This document shows, piece after piece, positions 25,155 to 33,616 of a DNA stretch of 47,978 bases (position 1 is the stretch's first letter; the number at the start of each line of letters is the position of its first letter). This DNA is from Deltaproteobacteria bacterium. GTDB taxonomy: Bacteria; Desulfobacterota; Desulfarculia; Adiutricales; JAFDHD01. A program made the translations under genes and the position numbers. Below the pieces are notes generated by a model. That model was not told the origin of the DNA, did no database searches, and worked only from the letters and a program-made list of their open reading frames with translations. The stretch spans positions 1-47,978 of the forward strand of contig JAFDLS010000002.1 of NCBI GenBank assembly GCA_019306365.1. Direction: 5' to 3'.

Positions 25155-25180
25155 AGGGAGGGGTCCCTCCCTCCCTTTTA
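25155..25180 (+). terminator. Weak terminator or attenuator hairpin between nfnB and folE2
   Basis: AGGGAGGG-GT-CCCTCCCT followed by CCCTTTTAAGG. The loop is very tight, so the effective stem is shorter. Confidence 0.3.
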
Positions 25181-25190
25181 AGGCTCAATA

Positions 25191-25973
25191 ATGACCAAAG
25201 AAATAATCGACGTACAAAACCAGAGGGATCATCGTAACATCGAGATCGACAAGGTTGGGATAAAACATATCCGCTATCCCATCACTGTCCTTGATAAAGT
25301 CAAAGGCAAACAGCGCACCGTGGCCAGTATTGACATGTATGTCAATCTGCCCCGCCAGTACAAAGGAACCCATATGTCTCGTTTTATTGAGGTTTTATCC
25401 GAGTACTGTGATGAGATCTCTTTAAGGAGTTTGAGAACCATCCTTGAGGAGATGAATCGGCGGCTGAATGCAAAATCGGCCCATCTGAAATTGACCTTTC
25501 CTTATTTTATCGAAAAAAAAGCCCCGGTTACTAACACGGCCAGCCTGCTCGAGTACCAGTGTTCTTTCAATGGGTCCCTGGACGATCGGGGTTTGGACAT
25601 TATAGTCGAACTGGGAGTGCCCATAGCTACCCTTTGTCCCTGTTCCAAGGAGATTAGCGAGGTGGGCGCACATAATCAGCGCGGCGAAGTGCGAGTGGCG
25701 ATCCGGTTTAAAAAATTCTTATGGATTGAGGATCTTATTCGCATGATTGAATCATCCGCTTCAGCGGAAGTTTTTTCTTTATTGAAACGAAATGACGAAA
25801 AGTTTCTCACCGAAATAGCCTACAAAAATCCCATGTTTGTGGAAGACGTGGTTCGGGAGGTCGCCCAAAAACTCAACCAGGATAAAAATATTATCTGGTT
25901 CACCGTCGGGGCGGAAACCTATGAGTCCATCCACAATCACAATGCCTACGCTTTTATCGAACGTTGGAAATAA
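25191..25973 (+). CDS. folE2: GTP cyclohydrolase I type 2 (FolE2/MptA family)
   Basis: 260 aa with DVQNQRDHRNIEIDKVGI...YPI ... GTHMSRF ... CPCSKEIS..GAHNQR, hallmarks of the COG1469 family. Confidence 0.85.
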   Translation: MTKEIIDVQNQRDHRNIEIDKVGIKHIRYPITVLDKVKGKQRTVASIDMYVNLPRQYKGTHMSRFIEVLSEYCDEISLRSLRTILEEMNRRLNAKSAHLKLTFPYFIEKKAPVTNTASLLEYQCSFNGSLDDRGLDIIVELGVPIATLCPCSKEISEVGAHNQRGEVRVAIRFKKFLWIEDLIRMIESSASAEVFSLLKRNDEKFLTEIAYKNPMFVEDVVREVAQKLNQDKNIIWFTVGAETYESIHNHNAYAFIERWK

Positions 25974-26064
25974 CCCTTTATTAAACAACGAAGTTGTTTA
26001 GTAAAAGGAATTTTAATAATATCTCATCAGTAACTCAAAGTTTCTTATTGAAGGAGTGAAAAAA

Positions 26065-27354
26065 ATGAGTGAACTTAAGACCGCTTATCGGCGGGTGATG
26101 GATGATCACTTTCCCGATGAGATGAAGATCACCCTTGGGGATATGACTCTTGTTTACAAGAAACAGACCTGGAAAATTGAGGATGAACAGGGAAACCTGG
26201 TGGAAAAAGGGCTGCGCTATGGGGAAAATCCAGGCCAGGAAGCCGCTTTGTACCGGCTGGTAAACGGTAATGTCGCCCTTGGCGGCGTGGAGTTTATAGG
26301 CCCCGGTAAGGAACTGGTTAGCGGCTTGGACGAGGACGCTATGCTTCAATTCGGCAAACATCCCGGTAAAACCAACCTGACCGATATAGACAGCGCGATG
26401 GGCATCTTACGTTATCTCAGCAAGCGGCCCACAGTGGTCATTGTGAAGCACAACAATCCTTGCGGTGTGGCGAGCGCGTCCAGTCTGGCCGAAGCCTATG
26501 CCAGAGCTAATATGGCCGACCGGGTAGCCGCTTTTGGAGGCGCCGCCAGCTTCAACCGGGCAATGGACAAAGAAACCGCCGAAATTCTTCAGCAAAATTA
26601 TCTCGAAGTTGTGGCCGCCCCCGAATATGAGGAAGGTGTCCTGGATATTTTGAGCAAGAAAAAAAATCTGCGCATCATTCGTATAAAGGCGATAGATCGG
26701 CTGGAGGAATATGCGCTTTCCCGTTTCCTGGACTTCAAGGGCCTTATGGATGGTGGTCTGATCTTGCAGCAGTCGGCCGTCAACACTATTTTGTCCAAAG
26801 AGGATTTCCTGCCCGCAAAGGCTGAGTATCAGGGACAGGTATACAAGCCTGTTCGAGAGCCAACTGATCGAGAATATGAAGATCTTCTTTTTGGATGGGC
26901 CGTGGAACAAGGGGTGACATCCAATTCGGTTCTTTACATCAAAGATCAAGTCACCGTGGGCATTGGTACTGGCGAGCAGGACCGGGTCGGTGTGGCGGAG
27001 ATCGCTATTTTCAAAGCGTACACCAAGTATGTTGACGCTCTTTGTTTCAAGCGTCACGGAAGGCCTTATAAAGAGCTGGAGCTCGATGTATCCGATGGTA
27101 AAGCGGATAAGGCGCTGATAGAGGAAATCGACCAGGAAGCCAAGGCCAAAAAAGCCGGCCTGCCTGCCTCCGTAATGATTTCCGACGCCTTCTTTCCTTA
27201 TAGAGACGGCGTGGATGTAGCCATCAAGGAAGGCATCTCGGCCATCGCCCATCCTGGCGGCGCCATGAGGGACTGGGAGTCAATTCAGGCCGTTAATCAG
27301 GCCGATCCGCCGGTGGCCATGGTATTCACCGGCCAGCGTGCCTTTAAGCATTAG
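26065..27354 (+). CDS. AICAR formyltransferase-domain protein (PurH-like, lacking the N-terminal MGS/IMP-cyclohydrolase domain)
   Basis: 429 aa with LRYGENPGQEAALY ... VIVKHNNPCGVA ... GIGTGEQDRV ... SDAFFPYRDG ... PGGAMRD. ATG 26065 has GAAGGAG 7 nt upstream. Confidence 0.8.
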   Translation: MSELKTAYRRVMDDHFPDEMKITLGDMTLVYKKQTWKIEDEQGNLVEKGLRYGENPGQEAALYRLVNGNVALGGVEFIGPGKELVSGLDEDAMLQFGKHPGKTNLTDIDSAMGILRYLSKRPTVVIVKHNNPCGVASASSLAEAYARANMADRVAAFGGAASFNRAMDKETAEILQQNYLEVVAAPEYEEGVLDILSKKKNLRIIRIKAIDRLEEYALSRFLDFKGLMDGGLILQQSAVNTILSKEDFLPAKAEYQGQVYKPVREPTDREYEDLLFGWAVEQGVTSNSVLYIKDQVTVGIGTGEQDRVGVAEIAIFKAYTKYVDALCFKRHGRPYKELELDVSDGKADKALIEEIDQEAKAKKAGLPASVMISDAFFPYRDGVDVAIKEGISAIAHPGGAMRDWESIQAVNQADPPVAMVFTGQRAFKH

Positions 27355-27396
27355 GAGAAGGCTGGACTGGATTCCGCCCCGCACGATCTGGCGGGG

Positions 27397-27999
27397 CTAT
27401 AGATATCCCAAATCGGTGAGCCGCTTTTTGATGACCTCGGCTTCAGCCTCACTATAACCGTCTTCGTGTAAGGCCGGAATCCGTCCCAGGATTTCCAGGG
27501 TGCGGAGAATCCGCGCCAGACTTTCCTGAGGGCTTTCCTCATGAGACCGGATCACCACTTCCGATTTTTCAGGGACTTCATAAGGATCGTCAATTCCTGT
27601 AAAATGTTTTATCTCACCAGCAAGAGCCTTTCTATACAGGCCCTTGGGGTCTCTCTCAATACAGACTTCTAACGGGCAGTCCAGATAGATCTCGATAAAA
27701 TCACCAATTTCAGCGCGAACTTCATCACGTATGTTTTTATAGGGAGAAATCGCAGCCACAATGACCGCCACGCCATTACGGGCTAAAAGGTTGGCCACAA
27801 AACCAATACGTTTTATATTTGTGTTCCGGTCGTCACGGGAAAAACTCAGGCCTTTGCTTAAATTTTTCCTTATTATATCTCCATCCAGGACTTCCACAGA
27901 AAAGCCCCGTTCCAAAAGGGCCTTCTGAAGGAGATTGCTCAAAGTGGTCTTGCCAGACGCGCTCAAACCGGTAAACCACACGCAAAAACCGTTTTTCAT
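27397..27999 (-). CDS. cysC: Adenylyl-sulfate (APS) kinase
   Basis: The N-terminus [14 protein letters not shown] (P-loop) ... LDGDIIR ... FSRDDR matches the APS kinase pattern. Confidence 0.9.
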   Translation of the reverse strand: MKNGFCVWFTGLSASGKTTLSNLLQKALLERGFSVEVLDGDIIRKNLSKGLSFSRDDRNTNIKRIGFVANLLARNGVAVIVAAISPYKNIRDEVRAEIGDFIEIYLDCPLEVCIERDPKGLYRKALAGEIKHFTGIDDPYEVPEKSEVVIRSHEESPQESLARILRTLEILGRIPALHEDGYSEAEAEVIKKRLTDLGYL

Positions 28000-28055
28000 C
28001 TAAATCTCCTTTATCTCTTTACTTCAATTATTTTTCAATGATTAGCGATCTTGAT

Positions 28056-28823
28056 CTACACCGTAGGCGAACTTTTTTTCAGCTGCTCCATGAACTGAAC
28101 TGATTTTAGCTCACGGCCGATAGTGTAGGTTATATAGGCTCGTAAAAATGGTCCAACTTCCCCGAGCACCCGAGAAGAGGTTCTGACTCGATCCACTTTA
28201 TCCAATTTAAGCGTCTGAGCCAGTTCCATGAGTTTAAGCGCGCCAAAGGAAACGGGATAACCTGATGAAACGCAACTCCGGCAGACCACCCCGCCATGTT
28301 CCTGTTTCATGGATAAGGCTTGTTCGGCATCCACTGACCGTCCGCAAAGGGGGCAGGCTGAAATATTTGGACCGAAGCCGGTTAGTTTTAAAAACCTGAG
28401 CTGAAAGATAAAGACAGCTTCCTCCGGGCGTTCACCAGAGTCAATCCGGCCCAAAAACCAGATCAGCAGGTCAAATACCTCTGGCGCCGGGTCAAGAGGG
28501 GCACACAAATTACTTACCAGTTCCAGGGCATAGCTGGCCAAGCCCAGTCTGTTCAAATCCTTGGCCAATGCATCAAAATTCCTGATTAAATCACCTCGGT
28601 CCAGTCTGACCAGTTCTCGTCCGGGAGTGACGGTAAAATCCAGTTTGACAAGGGCCAGGGAAGATAAAATGTTCCCGAACCGCTTGCGGCTCTTACGGCC
28701 GTGCTTGGCCAAACCGCTTATTTTACCTTGCTCACGGGTCATAAAGGTGATAACCAAATCGGCTTCGCCGTAACTGGTTCGACCCAATATCACCGATGGG
28801 AGGCTGTATTGGCCTTTATCCAT
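28056..28823 (-). CDS. recO: DNA repair protein RecO
   Basis: 255 aa with an N-terminal OB-fold region (ILGRTSYGEADLVITFMTREQGKISGLAKHGRKSRKRF) and a Cys4 zinc motif CPLCG...CRSC. Confidence 0.85.
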   Translation of the reverse strand: MDKGQYSLPSVILGRTSYGEADLVITFMTREQGKISGLAKHGRKSRKRFGNILSSLALVKLDFTVTPGRELVRLDRGDLIRNFDALAKDLNRLGLASYALELVSNLCAPLDPAPEVFDLLIWFLGRIDSGERPEEAVFIFQLRFLKLTGFGPNISACPLCGRSVDAEQALSMKQEHGGVVCRSCVSSGYPVSFGALKLMELAQTLKLDKVDRVRTSSRVLGEVGPFLRAYITYTIGRELKSVQFMEQLKKSSPTV

Positions 28824-28942
28824 ATTATTTAGGCGATTAAAAAAGAATTTGACAAGGTTGTGGTAATTATCATAACTGGATTCCTTTTGAATCCTCTTTG
28901 GCGGTATCCGGGTTTCGGCTCTCGCAGTGATGCCAATGTATT

Positions 28943-29135
28943 TAGAGCGTTTGTCATAAATATTTTCCGTTTGACCTTATGATAGGGAAGATTTAATTTC
29001 AGCCACTTTCGTGTGCCGCCTTACGACAAACGCCGAAACATCATGGAATTGCCACTTGTTATATCATGGCAGGCGCTGTTAGAGTCTTGATTTACCTTAG
29101 TAATCGAACAGAAGATTATATTGGCAATCACTATA
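28943..29135 (+). repeat. Family-1 structured intergenic repeat, copy 2 (most diverged)
   Basis: TAGAGCGTTTGTCATAAATA...CTTACGACAAACGCC...GAATTGCCA...TGGCAATCACTATA. Collinear with copies 1b and 3. The interior of the first hairpin is replaced or diverged. Confidence 0.9.
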
Positions 29136-29328
29136 GCGGCCATTTCAGAGCAGGCGGTATTCAATAGAGGAGCAATATTTTGACGACAGCGCTAGCCTTT
29201 GTTGTCTTTCAAAACTTGGTTGTCAGGGTTCACGGTCCAAAAATCACCTCAAACCAGTCTTTTCAAGGGATAGTTTTAGGGAGCAAAAACGCCAAGCACA
29301 TGAATAATAGTGATCTTCCTCAAAAGTG

Positions 29329-30276
29329 TCAGGTATTGTCTTCAGATCTGGGAAGGGTTATTTCTTTCACCTGTCCGGGTTCCCCAATAGGAGGCAAAAG
29401 CTCATTGTCTAGATAAAGTTTAATCCCGCCAGCATTTCCGATCTTAAGCGTAAAGTATTTCTTGGCCTGCCATGACATAGACTCACCGGGTTTGAGAAGG
29501 TACTGCCTTGTTTTTTGTCCGTCGATAAAGATACGAATCCAGGTTTCCTCAAGAACGTCCATCCTCAATACATGTTCTACACCATCCGTTATGGTTTCTG
29601 AAGGCTGAGAAAGTATTTCCTCCTCAGCTTTCTCTTCGGTTATTGTAATTTTTTCCCGGGGCTCAGGACTCACCACGGTGTCTGCCATCGAGGCTGTTTT
29701 TTCAAGCGGGGCCGGCGACGCTTCTGTTCCTTGGGGTGAGGGTTCTGATTCCTGTTTCTTTATTTCAGCCGCGCCCGAATCTTCCGCCGGTTTTTTTTCT
29801 TCCGTCACGGTCGCGGGTTCCGGTTGAGTTTTTGACTCAACCTGTTTTGCCTCAGAAATTTGCGCCGTTGGGATTTGGGGAGCAGGCTCTTTTTGACGAT
29901 TAAAGAAGTAGTACCCCCCTGCCACTAACACCACGGCGGCGATCAGGCCTATTATAGAGATCTGCAGGATATAGCTTTTCTGCTTGGGAACTGTTGAAAC
30001 TCGAATCTTGAACTTTTCCGGCGTCAAGCCATAAGTATTATTATACTCCTCAAGGAGTTCCCATTCATCAAGCTCCAGTTCCCGCGCGTAGGCTTTGAGA
30101 AAGCCCCTGACATATACTGGGGCTGGCAGTTTATCTTCGTCTCCGATCTCCAGGGCCTCCAAATTACTTACCGGAATTTTGGTTGCCTTCGAGACTTCCT
30201 CAAGGGTTATTCCTTTTTCTTCTCGCTGCCTTCGGAGACGTTGTCCAAGGGTCTCTGATGTAACTTCCATATTCAT
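29329..30276 (-). CDS. rodZ: RodZ-like cytoskeleton protein (N-terminal XRE HTH, one TM helix, C-terminal DUF4115-like domain)
   Basis: LGQRLRRQREEKGITLEEVSKATKIPVSNLEALE, a TM segment ILQISIIGLIAAVVLVAGGYYFF, a low-complexity linker and a conserved C-terminal beta-rich domain. Confidence 0.7.
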   Translation of the reverse strand: MNMEVTSETLGQRLRRQREEKGITLEEVSKATKIPVSNLEALEIGDEDKLPAPVYVRGFLKAYARELELDEWELLEEYNNTYGLTPEKFKIRVSTVPKQKSYILQISIIGLIAAVVLVAGGYYFFNRQKEPAPQIPTAQISEAKQVESKTQPEPATVTEEKKPAEDSGAAEIKKQESEPSPQGTEASPAPLEKTASMADTVVSPEPREKITITEEKAEEEILSQPSETITDGVEHVLRMDVLEETWIRIFIDGQKTRQYLLKPGESMSWQAKKYFTLKIGNAGGIKLYLDNELLPPIGEPGQVKEITLPRSEDNT

Positions 30277-30290
30277 AGCGTTTCCCTTCC

Positions 30291-31592
30291 TCAGGGATAA
30301 AACCTATCCATCAAACGAGGGAATGGAATAGCTTCCCGTACATGTTTGAGTCCGCAAATCCAGGATATGGTTCGCTCAAGGCCCAGCCCAAATCCTGAAT
30401 GGGGAACCGAACCATACCTCCGCAGATCCACGTACCATTCTAAAGGCTCTTTGGGAATGCCTTCTTCCTCCATGCGGCTTACAAGGGAATCCAGATCGTC
30501 CTCTCTTTGCGATCCACCGATTATTTCGCCATAACCCTCCGGGGCCAATACGTCCATGTTGAGAGTAAGCCGCCGGTCAGTTGGGTCGGGCTTCATATAA
30601 AAGGCTTTGGCCTGGAGAGGGTAGCGATGGATTAATAGCGGCCGGTCGTACTGACTGGAGAGAAGCGTTTCATCTGTCGCGCCCAGGTCTTGACCCCATT
30701 CAGGTCCTCCACCTATCCTTTTCAATTGTTCCAAGGCCTCATCGTAAGTCATTCTTACAAATGGACGGCGAATTTTTCTAAGCGATTCAATATCCCGTTC
30801 GAGAGTCTCCAGGTCGGCGGCCCGATTTTGAAGTACTCTTTCCATGAAAAAGGAGATAAGGTCTTCGGCGAGATCCATGATGTCATCCAGGTCGGCGAAG
30901 GTCAATTCTGGTTCGATCATCCAGAATTCGGTCAGGTGCCGCCTTGTTTTTGATTTTTCCGCCCGAAAGGTTGGTCCAAAGGTGTAAACTCGGCCCAGGG
31001 CAAAGGCCCCCGCCTCGGCGTATAACTGTCCGCTCTGGGTCAGGTAAGCCTCCCCATGGTCGAAGTATGGGACGCTAAAAAGAGTTGAGGCGCCTTCACA
31101 GTTCGAAGGGCTGAAGATTGGCGCATCCAGGCGCATAAAACCTTGCTGATCAAAAAAATCCTGTATGGCCCGAATTAATTCAGCCCTTATTCGCATGATG
31201 GCCTGTTGACGTCTGGACCTGAGCCAGAGATGACGTCTTTGAAGCAGGAAATCCGCACCATGCTCTTTAGGTGTGATTGGATATTCTTCAGCTATACTGA
31301 CAATCTTAAGGTCTGAGAGACCTATCTCATAGCCCCCTGGCGCCCGTTTATCTTCCTTTACCACTCCGGTGGCCTCAATAGAGGATTCGGGTGTCAGCTC
31401 ATGGTACGAATCATAAATCCCGGCGGGTACATCCGACTGGCTCATTACCATCTGAACGATTCCGGTTCCGTCTCGTAATAACAAGAAGCAAATTTTACCA
31501 CTGCTGCGCTTATTATAAAGCCATCCTTTTAAGGTGACAGTCTTACCAACATGATCGCCAAGCGTATCAATTCTAGTCCAGGTATCTAACAT
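30291..31592 (-). CDS. asnS: Asparagine--tRNA ligase
   Basis: Class IIb motifs including [21 protein letters not shown] and GGSQRE...GFGLGLER. Start moved to ATG 31592, which has GGAG 6 nt upstream. Confidence 0.8.
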   Translation of the reverse strand: MLDTWTRIDTLGDHVGKTVTLKGWLYNKRSSGKICFLLLRDGTGIVQMVMSQSDVPAGIYDSYHELTPESSIEATGVVKEDKRAPGGYEIGLSDLKIVSIAEEYPITPKEHGADFLLQRRHLWLRSRRQQAIMRIRAELIRAIQDFFDQQGFMRLDAPIFSPSNCEGASTLFSVPYFDHGEAYLTQSGQLYAEAGAFALGRVYTFGPTFRAEKSKTRRHLTEFWMIEPELTFADLDDIMDLAEDLISFFMERVLQNRAADLETLERDIESLRKIRRPFVRMTYDEALEQLKRIGGGPEWGQDLGATDETLLSSQYDRPLLIHRYPLQAKAFYMKPDPTDRRLTLNMDVLAPEGYGEIIGGSQREDDLDSLVSRMEEEGIPKEPLEWYVDLRRYGSVPHSGFGLGLERTISWICGLKHVREAIPFPRLMDRFYP

Positions 31593-31605
31593 TGGGTGCT
31601 CCACA

Positions 31606-32565
31606 TCAGAATTTAATTTTAATCATAGATTTCGTTCGCGTCGCCTTTAGCCATGCGTTATACTTTTTTTTCAATTCTTGAGATATCAGCATTTCCTGAA
31701 TGCGTTTCTTGGTTGCGGCCACGGCCTTCTCATTTGACCCATACCTCGATACAACCTGCAGGATTTGGATGGTTTGACCAAGTTTTATGGGCTGGCACAT
31801 CTGCCCGTCCTTTAAATCTTTAAGGGCATCCCTGATGACAGGCGTCATATCATCCCACGCGACTAAACCCATATCCCCGCCCGTGGAAGCGTTCGTGCCT
31901 TTCGAGTATTCTTGAGCCGCGTCGGCGAAATTGCGGCCGTTATTAATTTCCGCGATGATTTCATTGGCACGGTTCATTTTTTCGCGGATAATGCTTTCAG
32001 AGGCGTTCATGGGCAATATAAGCAGTATATTACGGAGGTGAACCTTGTCCTCCTGATCATAGTCTTGGGCATGGGCTTTGTAGTAGGCATCAATCTGATC
32101 ATCTGAGATGATAATTCGGGGCCGCATCTCCTTGTTAAGCAGCTTCATTTTATTTAACTGCCCGCGTAGGTCGGTTTTAACCAGGTCCATGTTCATGCCC
32201 ATACGATTCAGATTCGCTTCAAATTCCTCCTGTGTGAATGAATTTCTTTTTTTTATCCGCTCAATGGCCTGATCCACTTCCTCATTACTAACGGTAATAC
32301 CAAGCTTTTTATTTTCCTGCGCGATAAGATTTCTTTCAATAAGCAGTTCCAAAATCTGCCTGCGTATTTGATTGATACGAACCTTGTCCTCGGTCGGTTG
32401 CCGTTTCAGGATAGTCTTCAATCGTCCGTCGATTTCCTGCATGGTAATGATATCTCCATTGACCACGGCCACGATACGATCCACGACCTCCGCTTTAACC
32501 GCTATAGAAAAAAAACCAATGGCAAGGGATATGCCTAATACCCCAATTGTCAATGCTTTTCGCAT
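31606..32565 (-). CDS. SurA-like periplasmic chaperone / parvulin-type peptidyl-prolyl isomerase
   Basis: Signal peptide [25 protein letters not shown], a SurA N-domain-like region and a parvulin segment GGDMGLVAW. Start moved to ATG 32565 (GAGGA RBS), which removes the overlap with the upstream gene. Confidence 0.75.
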   Translation of the reverse strand: MRKALTIGVLGISLAIGFFSIAVKAEVVDRIVAVVNGDIITMQEIDGRLKTILKRQPTEDKVRINQIRRQILELLIERNLIAQENKKLGITVSNEEVDQAIERIKKRNSFTQEEFEANLNRMGMNMDLVKTDLRGQLNKMKLLNKEMRPRIIISDDQIDAYYKAHAQDYDQEDKVHLRNILLILPMNASESIIREKMNRANEIIAEINNGRNFADAAQEYSKGTNASTGGDMGLVAWDDMTPVIRDALKDLKDGQMCQPIKLGQTIQILQVVSRYGSNEKAVAATKKRIQEMLISQELKKKYNAWLKATRTKSMIKIKF

Positions 32566-32578
32566 TTGTTTTTCCTCA

Positions 32579-33532
32579 TTATTCTTTTGTCTCCTGAACC
32601 TGGCTGAATAGGGAAGATAAAAGGGGGTTGATTTTGATTTTGGCGTTGTTTTTAAGTTCTTCAATCCATTCAGTCAGAACTCGGGTTTCCTGACGAGCCA
32701 TATAGCTGCGGCGCAAATAATTCTCAACCTGCTCAAGACTCATAGGTTTGGCTTCTTTTACTTCAAGTACCTTTATGATCGAGTATCCATATTTGCTTTC
32801 CACGATCCCGCTGATCTGGCCGGGCTCTGTTTGCAAGATGGCTTGACTAATTTCGGCAGGAAGATTTTTCGGATTGATCCAGCCAATAGCTTTCCTTAAA
32901 GACTCAGTTTCCTCTGCCTTGTACTTTTGAGCCACACCATTAAAATCCTTGGTTGAATGAATATTACGAAGGGCTTTTTCAGCCTCCTTCCTGGAGGCGC
33001 ATGTTAGATGGTCAATTTTTACCAGGAGAGGATGTATCAAATCAGCCCGGTGAGTTTGATATAAAGTCTTCATCTCTTGGGCATTCATATTAACCCTGGA
33101 TTTTAACCTGTTTTCGATTGCTTTCTCTATCAAAAGACTTCGTTTTAGGCTGTTTAGCCATTCATCCATGAGGATATATTCCTTGACAAGCATTTCTTCC
33201 AGGGATCGGCCGGGATAATCGGCTTTGATCTCATCCACCTTGCTCTTAAGTTCGGCTTTGGTGACGTTTATTTTTAGCTTTTCCGCCTCCTGAAGGATCA
33301 ACTCCTCCTCAATAAGCTGATTGAGGATTATTTTTACTACCTCGCCCTTATATGCGGTACCGCCCCGAACCCCCGAAGAGGAATGAAGAGCGCGGTTTAA
33401 GCTGTCTGTTTTAATGGGACGGCCGTTTACCAGCGCGGCTACGTCCTCCCCCATCTCTGCCGCGCATCCGGATATGACAAAGATTGACAAAAGAGCCGCT
33501 AGAAGGATCCTCAAATGATTTATATCAATCAT
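32579..33532 (-). CDS. Parvulin-type peptidyl-prolyl isomerase, predicted lipoprotein (PrsA/PpiD-like)
   Basis: Lipobox LSIFVISGC near the N-terminus and a C-terminal parvulin-like segment GQISGIVESKYGYSIIKVLE. Confidence 0.7.
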   Translation of the reverse strand: MIDINHLRILLAALLSIFVISGCAAEMGEDVAALVNGRPIKTDSLNRALHSSSGVRGGTAYKGEVVKIILNQLIEEELILQEAEKLKINVTKAELKSKVDEIKADYPGRSLEEMLVKEYILMDEWLNSLKRSLLIEKAIENRLKSRVNMNAQEMKTLYQTHRADLIHPLLVKIDHLTCASRKEAEKALRNIHSTKDFNGVAQKYKAEETESLRKAIGWINPKNLPAEISQAILQTEPGQISGIVESKYGYSIIKVLEVKEAKPMSLEQVENYLRRSYMARQETRVLTEWIEELKNNAKIKINPLLSSLFSQVQETKE

Positions 33533-33616
33533 TTGATTTTCTCCGAGCCTTTTTTTAATGTCCTCATTGAGCCTAAATCTACAGTTGTTAAAAACTTAAT
33601 TTCCAAATTTAGCCTT

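Noticed and set aside
26407-27252. A 281-aa ORF antisense to the purH-like gene.
   Set aside because: It lies entirely inside a well-supported CDS on the other strand. Its composition is low-complexity and biased, and it has no RBS. The same reasoning applies to the antisense or alternate-frame ORFs at 777-1169, 9549-9983, 12690-13043, 17502-17855, 37695-38105, 40414-40749 and 43950-44324.
27376-27397. GCCCCGC...GCGGGGC hairpin between the convergent purH-like and cysC genes as a bidirectional terminator.
   Set aside because: The stem is only 7 bp, it overlaps the cysC stop codon, and there is no U-tract on either strand. It is too weak to call.
29180-29416. A 78-aa + strand ORF between Family-1 copy 2 and the rodZ-like gene.
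   Set aside because: It has a TTG start without an RBS, overlaps the 3' end of the rodZ-like CDS, and has no recognisable motif.
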